From positions 39,393 through 103,392 of the forward strand of contig JAZQWL010000032.1 of assembly GCA_045632305.1 (NCBI GenBank): a stretch of DNA of 64,000 nucleotides, written 5' to 3'. The DNA comes from Eubacteriales bacterium. GTDB lineage: Bacteria; Bacillota; Clostridia; Oscillospirales; CAG-272. Positions 27,854-36,215 of the stretch are shown here, piece by piece. The position numbers and the translations under genes were made by a program. Within the stretch, counting starts at the first letter, position 1, and each line of letters begins with the position of its first letter. The notes under the pieces are model-generated. The model made no database searches, was not told the DNA's origin, and worked only from the letters and a program-made list of their open reading frames with translations.

Positions 27854-28747
27854 TTATTTATCTAAAATATTATCGTTAATAAACGCTTCTGTTTCCTTTA
27901 TATTTGAAATATCCACGAAATTCTTGGATCTTATGTTATCAACAAGAAGAACCTTATCGGGCTCTCCGAAAACCTTCTCTCCGTATACCCATACAGAGTA
28001 ATTCGCATCCTCGAGCTGATATACCCTGATGATTACGACACTCTGCTTATCAGGAGAAGCTTCAGTTCTTTCCGTATACTTGTAATCGGAAAAATCCGAC
28101 CATCTGAGATACACGGAATTTTTTGAAAGCTCACGGACGTCTGCAAGAGTGATATACTTTGTCGGGGTTTTGTTTGCACCCGCCAAATAAAGCTGAATAT
28201 TATCAACCGTAAGGTCAATAGTATACGAGGTGTTGTCAAGATCGCAAAGCACCACTGAATCGGGGTACGTCTTGTCCGATTTCGGGCCTGTTGCCATCAA
28301 AACGTAATTTGTACCCGAAACCGCGTACATATACTCGCGGGTCTGTCGGTGACTCTGATCAACGTGAATATATTTTTCAAGGTCATCCCATCGTATGTAC
28401 TGCTTTTTACTTGATATGGCAATTACGTCATCGAGCGTCATCTCCACCTCGCCTCTGACTACCGTTCTTTCATCAAGCCAGTGTACAAGAGGAATTACCG
28501 TCACCGCGCCAAGAAAAACCGCCATACAGATTATAAACGTAATAAGCTTTACGTGACTTTGGAAAAATCCCTCGTCTCTCATGCTTTCAACGTTATCGTC
28601 AAGTATATTTTTTTCCCTCTTCTTTTTTCGGGGCTTGTCCTCTTTTAAATTAGACACTTCGGTATGCTCTACTGCCGAAGAAACCTGCTTTTCCTTTTTT
28701 TTCTGCGCCTCAATCTCACGAAGCGCTCGCTTTTCACTCGGTTTCAC
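27854..28747 (-). CDS. Membrane-anchored hypothetical protein
   Basis: Lys-rich N-terminus, one TM (LITFIICMAVFLGAVTVIPLV), then a roughly 200-aa extracytoplasmic domain. Confidence 0.5.
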   Translation of the reverse strand: MKPSEKRALREIEAQKKKEKQVSSAVEHTEVSNLKEDKPRKKKREKNILDDNVESMRDEGFFQSHVKLITFIICMAVFLGAVTVIPLVHWLDERTVVRGEVEMTLDDVIAISSKKQYIRWDDLEKYIHVDQSHRQTREYMYAVSGTNYVLMATGPKSDKTYPDSVVLCDLDNTSYTIDLTVDNIQLYLAGANKTPTKYITLADVRELSKNSVYLRWSDFSDYKYTERTEASPDKQSVVIIRVYQLEDANYSVWVYGEKVFGEPDKVLLVDNIRSKNFVDISNIKETEAFINDNILDK

Positions 28748-28758
28748 TCAAAAACTCC

Positions 28759-29253
28759 TTATTTTACAGAAAGTCCGATCATATCCATAATTATATTCTG
28801 CTTTTCTCTCATTTCACGGTCATCCTCTTTTGAAAGCTCATGATCGTATCCGAGAAGGTGAAGCATGGAATGAGCAGTCAGGAATGCAACCTCACGCTCG
28901 AAGCTGTGACCGAATTCGTTTGCCTGCTCTTCTGCCTTCTCAAGAGAAATAACGATATCGCCGAGCATATTCATCATCTCATCAACGGGCGGCTCTTCAT
29001 ATTCACCGTCAAAATCAAAGAGAGGGAATGACAAAACGTCCGTAGGACGGTCGATCTCGCGGAACTTTTTATTTAACTCGTGAATACCCGCATTATCGGT
29101 AAAAGTAACCGAAACCTCGCAGGCGTTACCGTAATTTTCAAGATCGAGAGACGCCTCAATAGTTTCACGAATAAGCATTTTGAGCTTATACGTGAGAGGG
29201 ATCTTCTCCTGCTGATTTTCAAAATATATCTTGAGCTTCATCTTTCTTTTCAT
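28759..29253 (-). CDS. ybeY: rRNA maturation endoribonuclease YbeY
   Basis: HSMLHLLGYDH zinc motif. Confidence 0.9.
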   Translation of the reverse strand: MKRKMKLKIYFENQQEKIPLTYKLKMLIRETIEASLDLENYGNACEVSVTFTDNAGIHELNKKFREIDRPTDVLSFPLFDFDGEYEEPPVDEMMNMLGDIVISLEKAEEQANEFGHSFEREVAFLTAHSMLHLLGYDHELSKEDDREMREKQNIIMDMIGLSVK

Positions 29254-30290
29254 TTTTCGTTTTTCCTTTCGCTGTAACCTCTATAATTTTCTTTTCTGTT
29301 CTGTTCATTTCTTTGAGCTATGCTCTTTTCGTATTTTTCATAAGCCAGAATGATCTGCTGAACGAGCTTGTGACGAACAACGTCGCGCTCTGTAAACGAG
29401 TGGATCGCAATATCATCAATATCGGAAAGAATCTTTACCGCAGCCGCAAGTCCGCTCTTCTGTCCGTAAGGCAGATCGGTCTGTGTTAAGTCACCGGTTA
29501 CAACCGCCTTTGAATTAAAGCCCAAACGAGTCAGGAACATCTTCATCTGCTCGGGAGTACAGTTCTGCGCTTCATCGAGAATAATAAAGGAATCGTCAAG
29601 TGTACGTCCGCGCATGTAAGCCAAAGGAGCCACCTCAATTACTCCCTTTTCAACCTGTCTTTGATAGTTCTCCGCACCCATCATCTCGTAAAGAGAATCG
29701 TAAAGCGGACGAAGATAGGGGTCTATTTTACTCTGAAGGTCACCGGGCAAAAATCCGAGTTTTTCACCCGCCTCGATAGCGGGGCGCGTGAGAATAATTC
29801 TTGAAACCTGCTTTTCACGGAGTGCCTTGACAGCCATAGCAACCGCGAGGAAGGTCTTACCCGTTCCCGCAGGGCCCGTTCCAATAACAATCGTGTTTTT
29901 CTTTATCGCATTGACGTACATTTTCTGACCGACGGTTTTCGCCTTGATCGGCTTACCCTTCATCGTAACGCAGATCGTATCGTCCGATAACTCATCGAGT
30001 GTGGACGCCTCTCCGCTCTTTACCGTTTCGACAACGTACATCACGCTCGAATCGGTTATATTCTCATTGTATTTCGACATTTTCACAAGATAAGAAACCG
30101 CATCCGACGCGAGCTTGACGTTTGCGTCATCGTCTCCGCTAACGGAGATGGCATCCTCTCCCGATTCGCAAATTCTGTTGTTTATGCGAACCGAAAACGC
30201 CTTTTCAACAATTTTAATATTAGCGTCACAGCTACCGAAAACCGCCGCTATAACATTTGCATTTTCAACCTTAATAATTTTCGTGCTCAT
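29250..30290 (-). CDS. phoH: PhoH-family ATPase
   Basis: Walker A GPAGTGKT and DEAQN box. The start was moved to MSTKIIKV. Confidence 0.9.
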   Translation of the reverse strand: MSTKIIKVENANVIAAVFGSCDANIKIVEKAFSVRINNRICESGEDAISVSGDDDANVKLASDAVSYLVKMSKYNENITDSSVMYVVETVKSGEASTLDELSDDTICVTMKGKPIKAKTVGQKMYVNAIKKNTIVIGTGPAGTGKTFLAVAMAVKALREKQVSRIILTRPAIEAGEKLGFLPGDLQSKIDPYLRPLYDSLYEMMGAENYQRQVEKGVIEVAPLAYMRGRTLDDSFIILDEAQNCTPEQMKMFLTRLGFNSKAVVTGDLTQTDLPYGQKSGLAAAVKILSDIDDIAIHSFTERDVVRHKLVQQIILAYEKYEKSIAQRNEQNRKENYRGYSERKNEK

Positions 30291-30303
30291 TTGTTCTCCA
30301 TAT

Positions 30304-31488
30304 CTAATTCTGTAAATCAACGAAAAATTCACTCACCTTAGCTATATCCTCGATGTAAACTACGACGCAGTGAATACTGAAGCAATCATCGGTTATTCGC
30401 GGAGTAACAGTCTTTTTTATCAAAAATTCTGCCCCGCTTTGGCTGATAATTTTCTCAAGCTCCAAGTACGCCAACGCCTCCGCTTCAGCGACCGTGCGCT
30501 CGAATCTTACCATTTCGTATTCATGAAAGCTTACCGTGGAGATGCTTATCGGCATAACTGTTTTGTCCATAAGGGCATAACTATCCACATTATATATTGT
30601 ATCATAAAGATATACATCTTTTCCACACTTTTTTGAAATATTAAATGTTTTTCCAAAAAAATTTAAATATTTTTCATAATTTACAACTCCTGTGTACTGT
30701 TTTTTCTCATATTTGAGTGGTATTTCAATATAATATTCCTCAACGGTTTTCGCCATGACCGCACCGCTCGCTCTGGTATAGCGAAAGCCCTCCGTTTGAC
30801 TGTCATACACGCCACCGATCAAAATGTCCCCCTTGTTGACAGTTTCCCCACTCTTCACCATGACGTTACCCTCATAAACGCGAACGTCCTCGATAATACC
30901 GCTCTTTTTCGCAACGATGTTGACAAAGCCAACACCGCTCGGCTTTTCCTCCGTCTTTTTGTTTTCCCGTATTTCAACGCTCGCAATATTTCCCGATAAA
31001 TTAATTGCAATAAAGCTGATCTCATCGCTCTCGATCAGAATTTTATTCTGTATTTCATCGACGTCAAGCCCCCTTATCCTTTTGCCCGCAGAAACTCCGT
31101 GCTCTTCGAGAATTTCTTCAATCCTACCCGTGGTAACTGTAGAGTTACCCGCGATCCGTACGTCCCAGATAATACCGCTGAAATATACAACGAGCGCGAT
31201 CCCCAAAATCATGCCTGCCATAAGACCTGTACGGTGGCGAAATCCATACAAAAAATGCGGTAATCCGCCTGACGCGATTTTTTCAAATTCCACGCCTTGC
31301 GCAACCGCGATGCTTCTGAATTTTTTGAAATCGTAATATTTGAACGTAAAATAGATGCATCCGAATTCGTCAAGCGCAACATCCGTGTAAGGAATGTGAT
31401 GCTCCATGCAAATATTGAGCGCACAATTCTTGTATTCGTCCTGACATTTTATCCTTACGTAACCGACAAGTCCGTATACAAGACGCAT
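30304..31488 (-). CDS. yqfD: Sporulation protein YqfD
   Basis: 394 aa with one central TM and conserved yqfC-yqfD-phoH-ybeY synteny. Confidence 0.8.
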   Translation of the reverse strand: MRLVYGLVGYVRIKCQDEYKNCALNICMEHHIPYTDVALDEFGCIYFTFKYYDFKKFRSIAVAQGVEFEKIASGGLPHFLYGFRHRTGLMAGMILGIALVVYFSGIIWDVRIAGNSTVTTGRIEEILEEHGVSAGKRIRGLDVDEIQNKILIESDEISFIAINLSGNIASVEIRENKKTEEKPSGVGFVNIVAKKSGIIEDVRVYEGNVMVKSGETVNKGDILIGGVYDSQTEGFRYTRASGAVMAKTVEEYYIEIPLKYEKKQYTGVVNYEKYLNFFGKTFNISKKCGKDVYLYDTIYNVDSYALMDKTVMPISISTVSFHEYEMVRFERTVAEAEALAYLELEKIISQSGAEFLIKKTVTPRITDDCFSIHCVVVYIEDIAKVSEFFVDLQN

Positions 31489-31489
31489 A

Positions 31490-31795
31490 TTACCCCTCCC
31501 GCTTTAAGAACTCTATATTTCCGATCTCACCCGATATTTCGACGCCGTGAAGATGATATGCCGCGCAATTCAGGCATCTGCCCAAAACGCAAATATCAAA
31601 ATTTTTACATTCGAATATCATCTCTTCAAATGTGTATTTGATAATTCTTCTGCATCCGTAAAGGACAAGCCGACTGTTACCGAACATCTCAAGCGAAAAA
31701 TCAAATTCTTTTGTACGTAGACTGTCATTATCGCATTTTTTTATATATTCAAATATTCCCGATCTGATGTGATCTCTCCTGCCTTGCTTTTTCAT
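31490..31795 (-). CDS. yqfC: Sporulation protein YqfC
   Basis: About 100 aa; the pattern FGNSRLVLYGCRRIIKYTFEEMIF...GEIGNIEF and synteny with yqfD. Confidence 0.7.
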   Translation of the reverse strand: MKKQGRRDHIRSGIFEYIKKCDNDSLRTKEFDFSLEMFGNSRLVLYGCRRIIKYTFEEMIFECKNFDICVLGRCLNCAAYHLHGVEISGEIGNIEFLKREG

Positions 31796-31881
31796 AAAAA
31801 TCCGCCCTCCGCAATATAGTAGTTACAAACCATATTCAAATATATGATTTCAAAAAATTTTTATAACACGGAGAGTATGAT

Positions 31882-32877
31882 TTGACGGACGCACGCACAG
31901 TAAAAATATACGCCAATAAAATAAAGCTGCGTAGTATCTGCCTTGCTTTATCGGGACTTGCGGCTTTCACAATTTTCTTTATCGAAGCGCCCGTGATAAT
32001 CGAAAGAATGAGGAGCGGACTCTCGCTCTGCGCTACGGTGATAATCCCCTCTCTTTTTCCATATATGGCGCTCTCGGAGTTGCTTGTTTTTTCGGGAGTA
32101 AACAAATTATTTGAAGGATTGTTTGGCGGTGTTTTCGAAAAAATCTTCAGGATACCTAAATGCGCCACATCGGCTTTTATTCTCGGTGTGCTGTGCGGCT
32201 TTCCTGTAGGCGCTAAGGTTTCATATTCCCTTTATAAACAAGGAAAAATTAATAATGATGACCTCTTTCATTTATTAATATTCTGCAATATACAAAGCTC
32301 GGCGTTTATAATAAATACTGTCGGAATTTCACTACTCGGATCGAAAAATGCAGGGGCTTTTCTTTATCTCTCTATTCTGATATCCATTATTATAGTCGGT
32401 ATGCTATACCCGAAATTTTTTAAGCAAAAAGGAAGCTTTCAAAATTTGGGATCTCATGATCAAAATGAAAAAAGACAAGGGCTTGGCGCAACGCTTACAA
32501 GTTCGGTAAAATCCTCGGTTTTAAGCATTCTCGTCGTCTGCGGCTTTGTACTGTTTTTCTACGTGATCTGCGGAATAATTATAGATTTAGGAGAAAAGCT
32601 CGGTATTCCGTCCGTTGTATCCCTGCTTATATGCTCTATACTTGAAATCAGTTGCGGATGTGTTGAGGTTGCAAGCGCGCTTCCTCAAAATGCAGCTTTT
32701 CTTGCATGCGCCATGATTCTGGGCTTTTCGGGAATATCGCTCCACTTTCAAATTGCCTCAATGTGTCCCGACGCAGAAATCAAATACGGCAGGTTTTTTA
32801 CATTCAAGATTTTAACTGCTATCATCTCGGGAATCTGCGCTTTTGCCCTCAATTTTATTTTCAATATTTTTGTATAA
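31882..32877 (+). CDS. Nucleoside-recognition-domain membrane protein (YlbJ-like sporulation membrane protein)
   Basis: 331-aa polytopic protein. The TTG start lies 6 nt after GGAGAG. The call rests on architecture and context. Confidence 0.55.
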   Translation: MTDARTVKIYANKIKLRSICLALSGLAAFTIFFIEAPVIIERMRSGLSLCATVIIPSLFPYMALSELLVFSGVNKLFEGLFGGVFEKIFRIPKCATSAFILGVLCGFPVGAKVSYSLYKQGKINNDDLFHLLIFCNIQSSAFIINTVGISLLGSKNAGAFLYLSILISIIIVGMLYPKFFKQKGSFQNLGSHDQNEKRQGLGATLTSSVKSSVLSILVVCGFVLFFYVICGIIIDLGEKLGIPSVVSLLICSILEISCGCVEVASALPQNAAFLACAMILGFSGISLHFQIASMCPDAEIKYGRFFTFKILTAIISGICAFALNFIFNIFV

Positions 32878-32882
32878 AGGTC

Positions 32883-32911
32883 TTGACAAACCACGCCATA
32901 TTTGATATAAT
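32883..32911 (+). promoter_or_regulatory. Consensus sigma-A promoter for tRNA-Thr
   Basis: TTGACA (32883-32888), a 17-nt spacer, TATAAT (32906-32911), about 22 nt upstream of the tRNA. Confidence 0.8.
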
Positions 32912-32933
32912 AACAAGGTCGACAATTCGACTT

Positions 32934-33009
32934 GCTGATATGGCTCAGTCGGTAGAGCACGTCATTGGTAATGACGAGGTCATGGGTTCGATTCCCATTA
33001 TCAGCTCCA
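32934..33009 (+). tRNA. tRNA-Thr (anticodon GGU), CCA encoded
   Basis: Acceptor stem GCTGATA/TATCAGC, D-loop AGTCGGTAGAG, anticodon stem CGTCA/TGACG with loop TTGGTAA, T-arm GGGTTCGATTCCC, discriminator T, then CCA. Confidence 0.9.
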
Positions 33010-33021
33010 ACAAATAATTAT

Positions 33022-33050
33022 GAAAAGTCCTTGCAGAGCAAGGACTTTTC
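33022..33050 (+). terminator. Intrinsic terminator of the tRNA gene
   Basis: Stem AAAAGTCCTTGC/GCAAGGACTTTT with a 2-nt loop (an AGAG tetraloop if the closing pair is open), followed by a T-containing tail. Confidence 0.75.
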
Positions 33051-33158
33051 ATTGTTTATATTCCTTATTGTTTCAGAAATAACTATTCGTCAATTTGCAT
33101 AAATTCTCTTAAATTTTTACAGAATAGTTTCAAATATAGTATCTTTTGCAAAAAACAA

Positions 33159-33201
33159 GCGTCGCAGCTGAGCATTTCACTCATGGCTGCGGCGCTTTTT
33201 T
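33159..33201. terminator. Bidirectional terminator closing the phage late operon
   Basis: 10-bp stem GCGTCGCAGC/GCTGCGGCGC (one G-U pair) with T-runs on both strands. Confidence 0.7.
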
Positions 33202-33210
33202 ATCTTTTTT

Positions 33211-33228
33211 TATATACGTACGTATATA
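33211..33228. repeat. Perfect 18-bp palindrome TATATACGTACGTATATA
   Basis: Read directly from the sequence. It lies between the last phage stop codon (33239) and the terminator, and the adjacent CTTACGTATAT repeats part of it. Confidence 0.9.
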
Positions 33229-33238
33229 CTTACGTATA

Positions 33239-34183
33239 TTATTCTCCAACCGCTTCCTTCTCGATATCGGCGGTCTTCGCTTTATTATTATGATATTCCA
33301 AGAACAAATGAATTACAGACGTCTGATTATGTTTAAAATTGGTTTCAGTTACCGTTATGTCACAATATCCGGAATCATCCCCCATGATTATCGCCGACAT
33401 AATAGGCATCATGCGAACGAACCACTGTATAATGGTCGTAAGAGAAAAGTCCAGAATAAGATTTACAACGATCGCACTGCCGAGGATTACCCAGAGTCCG
33501 CGCGTGATAAAATCCCTGCGCTTATCTTTGCGCTCTCGCTCGCGGCCACTCTGAGAGAGAAGCTTCTCTCGATCCGCTTCACCATTCTCATTCATGATCA
33601 GTCCGGGAGTAAGTCTGATTGGCTTCGCTTCATTACACTTTATTATGGCTCTCCTCATATCCAACGGTAAGTTCAAACGCATAATGTCACGATTTCTCAT
33701 TCGCCTATACTTTTCTATATACTCGTCATATTCCATATCAACGTCCGAGAGGACAGAAGTGCGGTATTCACGCAGTTCCCTCTTCTTGTAGACTCTGCAG
33801 AACTCGGGCACCTCAGAAGCAATACCGAGATCTATAATCTTACCTCTTGAGGTGCGATAAGTCTGAAGCGAGTCACAAAAATCAACGTCTATTCTGCCAC
33901 GAGACTTACCTCGGTTATATCTGTTTCTGTAAATAACCGTTGTAATAACGTACAAGAACAGCGTAAGCGCCGTGAACTTTTTAAAATTACTGAACGATAA
34001 AGTAAAATCCGTATATGAAAGAACCATTGCGATAAGCACAAGGCCTATCAGCATCAGATCGTTCAACGTGAACTTATTGGGGTTCGCAGTGTCCTTCTCA
34101 AGAGATTTTCGAAGCTGACGCCTCTTCTCTGATCTCGAGATCTGCCCTTCCTTTGCATCCTGATATGTATGAATCTTATCCAT
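33239..34183 (-). CDS. Phage membrane protein, 314 aa (2 TM + basic cytoplasmic domain + 2 TM), unknown function
   Basis: Strong SD (AGGAGAAG). TM pairs at LMLIGLVLIAMVL/ALTLFLYVITTVIY and GLWVILGSAIVVNLIL/VRMMPIMSAIIMG, with an Arg/Lys-rich central region. Confidence 0.7.
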   Translation of the reverse strand: MDKIHTYQDAKEGQISRSEKRRQLRKSLEKDTANPNKFTLNDLMLIGLVLIAMVLSYTDFTLSFSNFKKFTALTLFLYVITTVIYRNRYNRGKSRGRIDVDFCDSLQTYRTSRGKIIDLGIASEVPEFCRVYKKRELREYRTSVLSDVDMEYDEYIEKYRRMRNRDIMRLNLPLDMRRAIIKCNEAKPIRLTPGLIMNENGEADREKLLSQSGRERERKDKRRDFITRGLWVILGSAIVVNLILDFSLTTIIQWFVRMMPIMSAIIMGDDSGYCDITVTETNFKHNQTSVIHLFLEYHNNKAKTADIEKEAVGE

Positions 34184-34186
34184 ATC

Positions 34187-34597
34187 TTACTTCTCCTGTG
34201 TTTCTTTTTCCGGTTCTGCTTCGGGTTCCTCGATAATATCTTCCTTATTTTCAATTATGCAACCGAGCTTATATATTCCAGCGCCGGCGGCGTTTGCGAT
34301 CGTGCCGAAGAAACAAACTATCACCATCTGGTCTATGATATTACGTAAGCAAATAAGCAAAGCCAACATGATCACCCAGACAACCAAGACCGAGGGAGAT
34401 TTAAAATGCTCCTTCAGCTGCTTCAAAAAAGGAAGGCAGCATATAATAGAAAGGAAGAGGAAAAGTCCAGAGACCGTCGCTTCGGAGCTTTTCTCGATCC
34501 ACACCGGGAACTGTGTCAACGTGGCCACGAGGGGAACGGCAACGTCTACCGTTACCGCTCCCGCCTTGATAATCTTGCCTTTGGTCTTATTGGTCAT
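34187..34597 (-). CDS. Phage 4-TM small membrane protein with acidic C-tail (holin-like candidate)
   Basis: 136 aa with four hydrophobic helices and an EEPEAEPEKETQEK tail. SD is GGAGGTG. There is a 3-nt gap to each neighbour. Confidence 0.6.
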   Translation of the reverse strand: MTNKTKGKIIKAGAVTVDVAVPLVATLTQFPVWIEKSSEATVSGLFLFLSIICCLPFLKQLKEHFKSPSVLVVWVIMLALLICLRNIIDQMVIVCFFGTIANAAGAGIYKLGCIIENKEDIIEEPEAEPEKETQEK

Positions 34598-34600
34598 ACC

Positions 34601-35443
34601 TTACACCTCCGAGCTCTCGGTGCTTTCTCCTTCGTCGGGTGTTATCTCTGCACCGTCTTCAGAAGTAGCAGGAAGTGCGCCAAGATTTGTGCGAACTGCC
34701 TCAACGATAGCAATAAGCTGCTTGTCATCCTCAAGGGATTTGAGACAATTAGCGTATTTAATATTCACAAGATCCTTCACACCCTGCGGCAAATTTTTTG
34801 AATTCTGATAAACCAGCACCAGGATCTCAAGCGTCGCTATATTTACAGCGAGATTTGCGCCGGCGATTCTGTTTCTTTCATCCTCCGTCTTTCCGTAGGC
34901 ATTATAGGATTCCATCATAGACGAATATCCGGCCCGGAGCTCATTGTATCCGTCTATCATTCCGTTAACGGCACCCGTCATAAGAGTCTGTCCTTCATGC
35001 ATCTGCGCTGCCTTCTTAGCGGCCTTCATCTGAGATCCCTTGATCATCAAGCTGACAACAAGAAGAATGATTGAACTGCCTCCTGTTACAGATTCTGCGC
35101 GATATGTATTAATAAACTCCCATATTCTGCTAAACACAGTGTGCACCACCGTTTCTTCGTCCGCGGAAGTGTCCACAGATTCGCCCTGAGTCTCTTCCGT
35201 AACGTTGCCGGGCAAAGCTTCACCTGTTTCAATCACGCCCGTCTGAGCAGATTCTGAGGGCTCTGTAACCGTTGTGTTTTCTGTGAGATCTTCGCTAGTA
35301 GAAGAATCCGCAGATTCATAGTCCAAGCTCGTATCGGAGATAACGGGTTCGGCTGTCGCCTCTTCCGCGCTCACAACAGTGGGCGTCATACTAATGACAA
35401 TGACGATAATCAAGGCAATTATTGCAAAAAATATCTTTTTCAT
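34601..35443 (-). CDS. Phage type-I membrane protein: signal peptide, acidic ectodomain, TM, helical cytoplasmic domain
   Basis: Signal peptide MKKIFFAIIALIIVIVISMTPTVVSA/EE, a Ser/Thr/Glu-rich stretch of about 100 aa, TM GGSSIILLVVSLMI, then heptad-like helices. Confidence 0.65.
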   Translation of the reverse strand: MKKIFFAIIALIIVIVISMTPTVVSAEEATAEPVISDTSLDYESADSSTSEDLTENTTVTEPSESAQTGVIETGEALPGNVTEETQGESVDTSADEETVVHTVFSRIWEFINTYRAESVTGGSSIILLVVSLMIKGSQMKAAKKAAQMHEGQTLMTGAVNGMIDGYNELRAGYSSMMESYNAYGKTEDERNRIAGANLAVNIATLEILVLVYQNSKNLPQGVKDLVNIKYANCLKSLEDDKQLIAIVEAVRTNLGALPATSEDGAEITPDEGESTESSEV

Positions 35444-35454
35444 AAATTTTCTCC

Positions 35455-35910
35455 TTATACAAGATCATATCCTTCGTAAAGACTCTCGAGCTTGTCCTCA
35501 AGCGCCTTGATTCTCTCCTCAAGCTTTTCATTGAGAATTCTGATCTCCTCGTTTTCAAGCTTAAGCTCCATAAATCTTTGCGGCAATTTTGCATCATTGG
35601 GGCCCATCAAGACAAGACCGTCCTCCCATGGATCCGCCACAAGCTCCTCACAGATCCACTTTTCGGGACGAGAAGATCCATCGAGGAGCGCAATCGTGAC
35701 AACCACGGGGCCCTTAAGCTTGTTCGCAGGTATAGTACACATGCCGTCCTCGAGCAAGCGGTATATCGAATTACCGTTAAATTCAAATATCGCGGTAGCA
35801 CCGCTCGGTGCGCCCGTGAACGAAACGCAAATCTCTCCGCTCTCGAGAGATGGCTGCCTTGTAAGCAGCACCGCCGTCCCGTTATTTAAGACTCTGTACT
35901 CTCTATCCAT
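35455..35910 (-). CDS. Phage protein, beta-rich N-domain plus C-terminal coiled coil
   Basis: 151 aa; the C-terminus ELKLENEEIRILNEKLEERIKALEDKLESL is a heptad coil. SD is AAGGAG. Confidence 0.65.
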   Translation of the reverse strand: MDREYRVLNNGTAVLLTRQPSLESGEICVSFTGAPSGATAIFEFNGNSIYRLLEDGMCTIPANKLKGPVVVTIALLDGSSRPEKWICEELVADPWEDGLVLMGPNDAKLPQRFMELKLENEEIRILNEKLEERIKALEDKLESLYEGYDLV

Positions 35911-35921
35911 AACAAAGCTCC

Positions 35922-36050
35922 TTATGAATATTCGACACCGGTGATCTCAAGGAAATCTGCTTCGGATATTTTTCCTTTTTTAACGGCGTTTTTTACCATC
36001 TGAAGAGTCCAAAATCCCGACTCAAAATACTTTTTAATTTTAAGCTTCAT
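35922..36050 (-). CDS. XkdX-family small phage protein (42 aa, below the ORF-track cutoff)
   Basis: Hand translation gives MKLKIKKYFESGFWTLQMVKNAVKKGKISEADFLEITGVEYS, matching the XkdX pattern (..Y...G.WT.eqVk.aV.KG.It.e.y.eITGe.Y). SD GGAGGA. It overlaps the upstream ORF by 11 nt. Confidence 0.7.
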   Translation of the reverse strand: MKLKIKKYFESGFWTLQMVKNAVKKGKISEADFLEITGVEYS

Positions 36051-36201
36051 TTTTGTCCTCCTCTTCTGCACCTGAAAGATCTATATCGCACATCATTGCG
36101 ATATAATCATTCTCAGCTCTCAAGCGTAAAATCTCCGCCTTAAGGCGCTCGATCTCCCTCTGCTCAGCTATACTTTTACGTATTTTATTGATTTTCAACA
36201 T
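36040..36201 (-). CDS. Small coiled-coil phage protein (53 aa)
   Basis: Start MLKINKIRK is preceded by GGAGGA. EIERLKAEILRLRAEND is a heptad segment. Confidence 0.5.
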   Translation of the reverse strand: MLKINKIRKSIAEQREIERLKAEILRLRAENDYIAMMCDIDLSGAEEEDKNEA

Positions 36202-36215
36202 AACTTGTCCTCCAA

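Noticed and set aside
26570-27865. 431-aa plus-strand ORF overlapping recO and era
   Set aside because: It is antisense to two well-supported conserved genes, has no recognisable motif or RBS, and looks like a shadow ORF.
33146-33670. 174-aa plus-strand ORF spanning the prophage junction
   Set aside because: It runs through the bidirectional terminator and palindrome and is antisense to an SD-led membrane-protein gene. No RBS is present.
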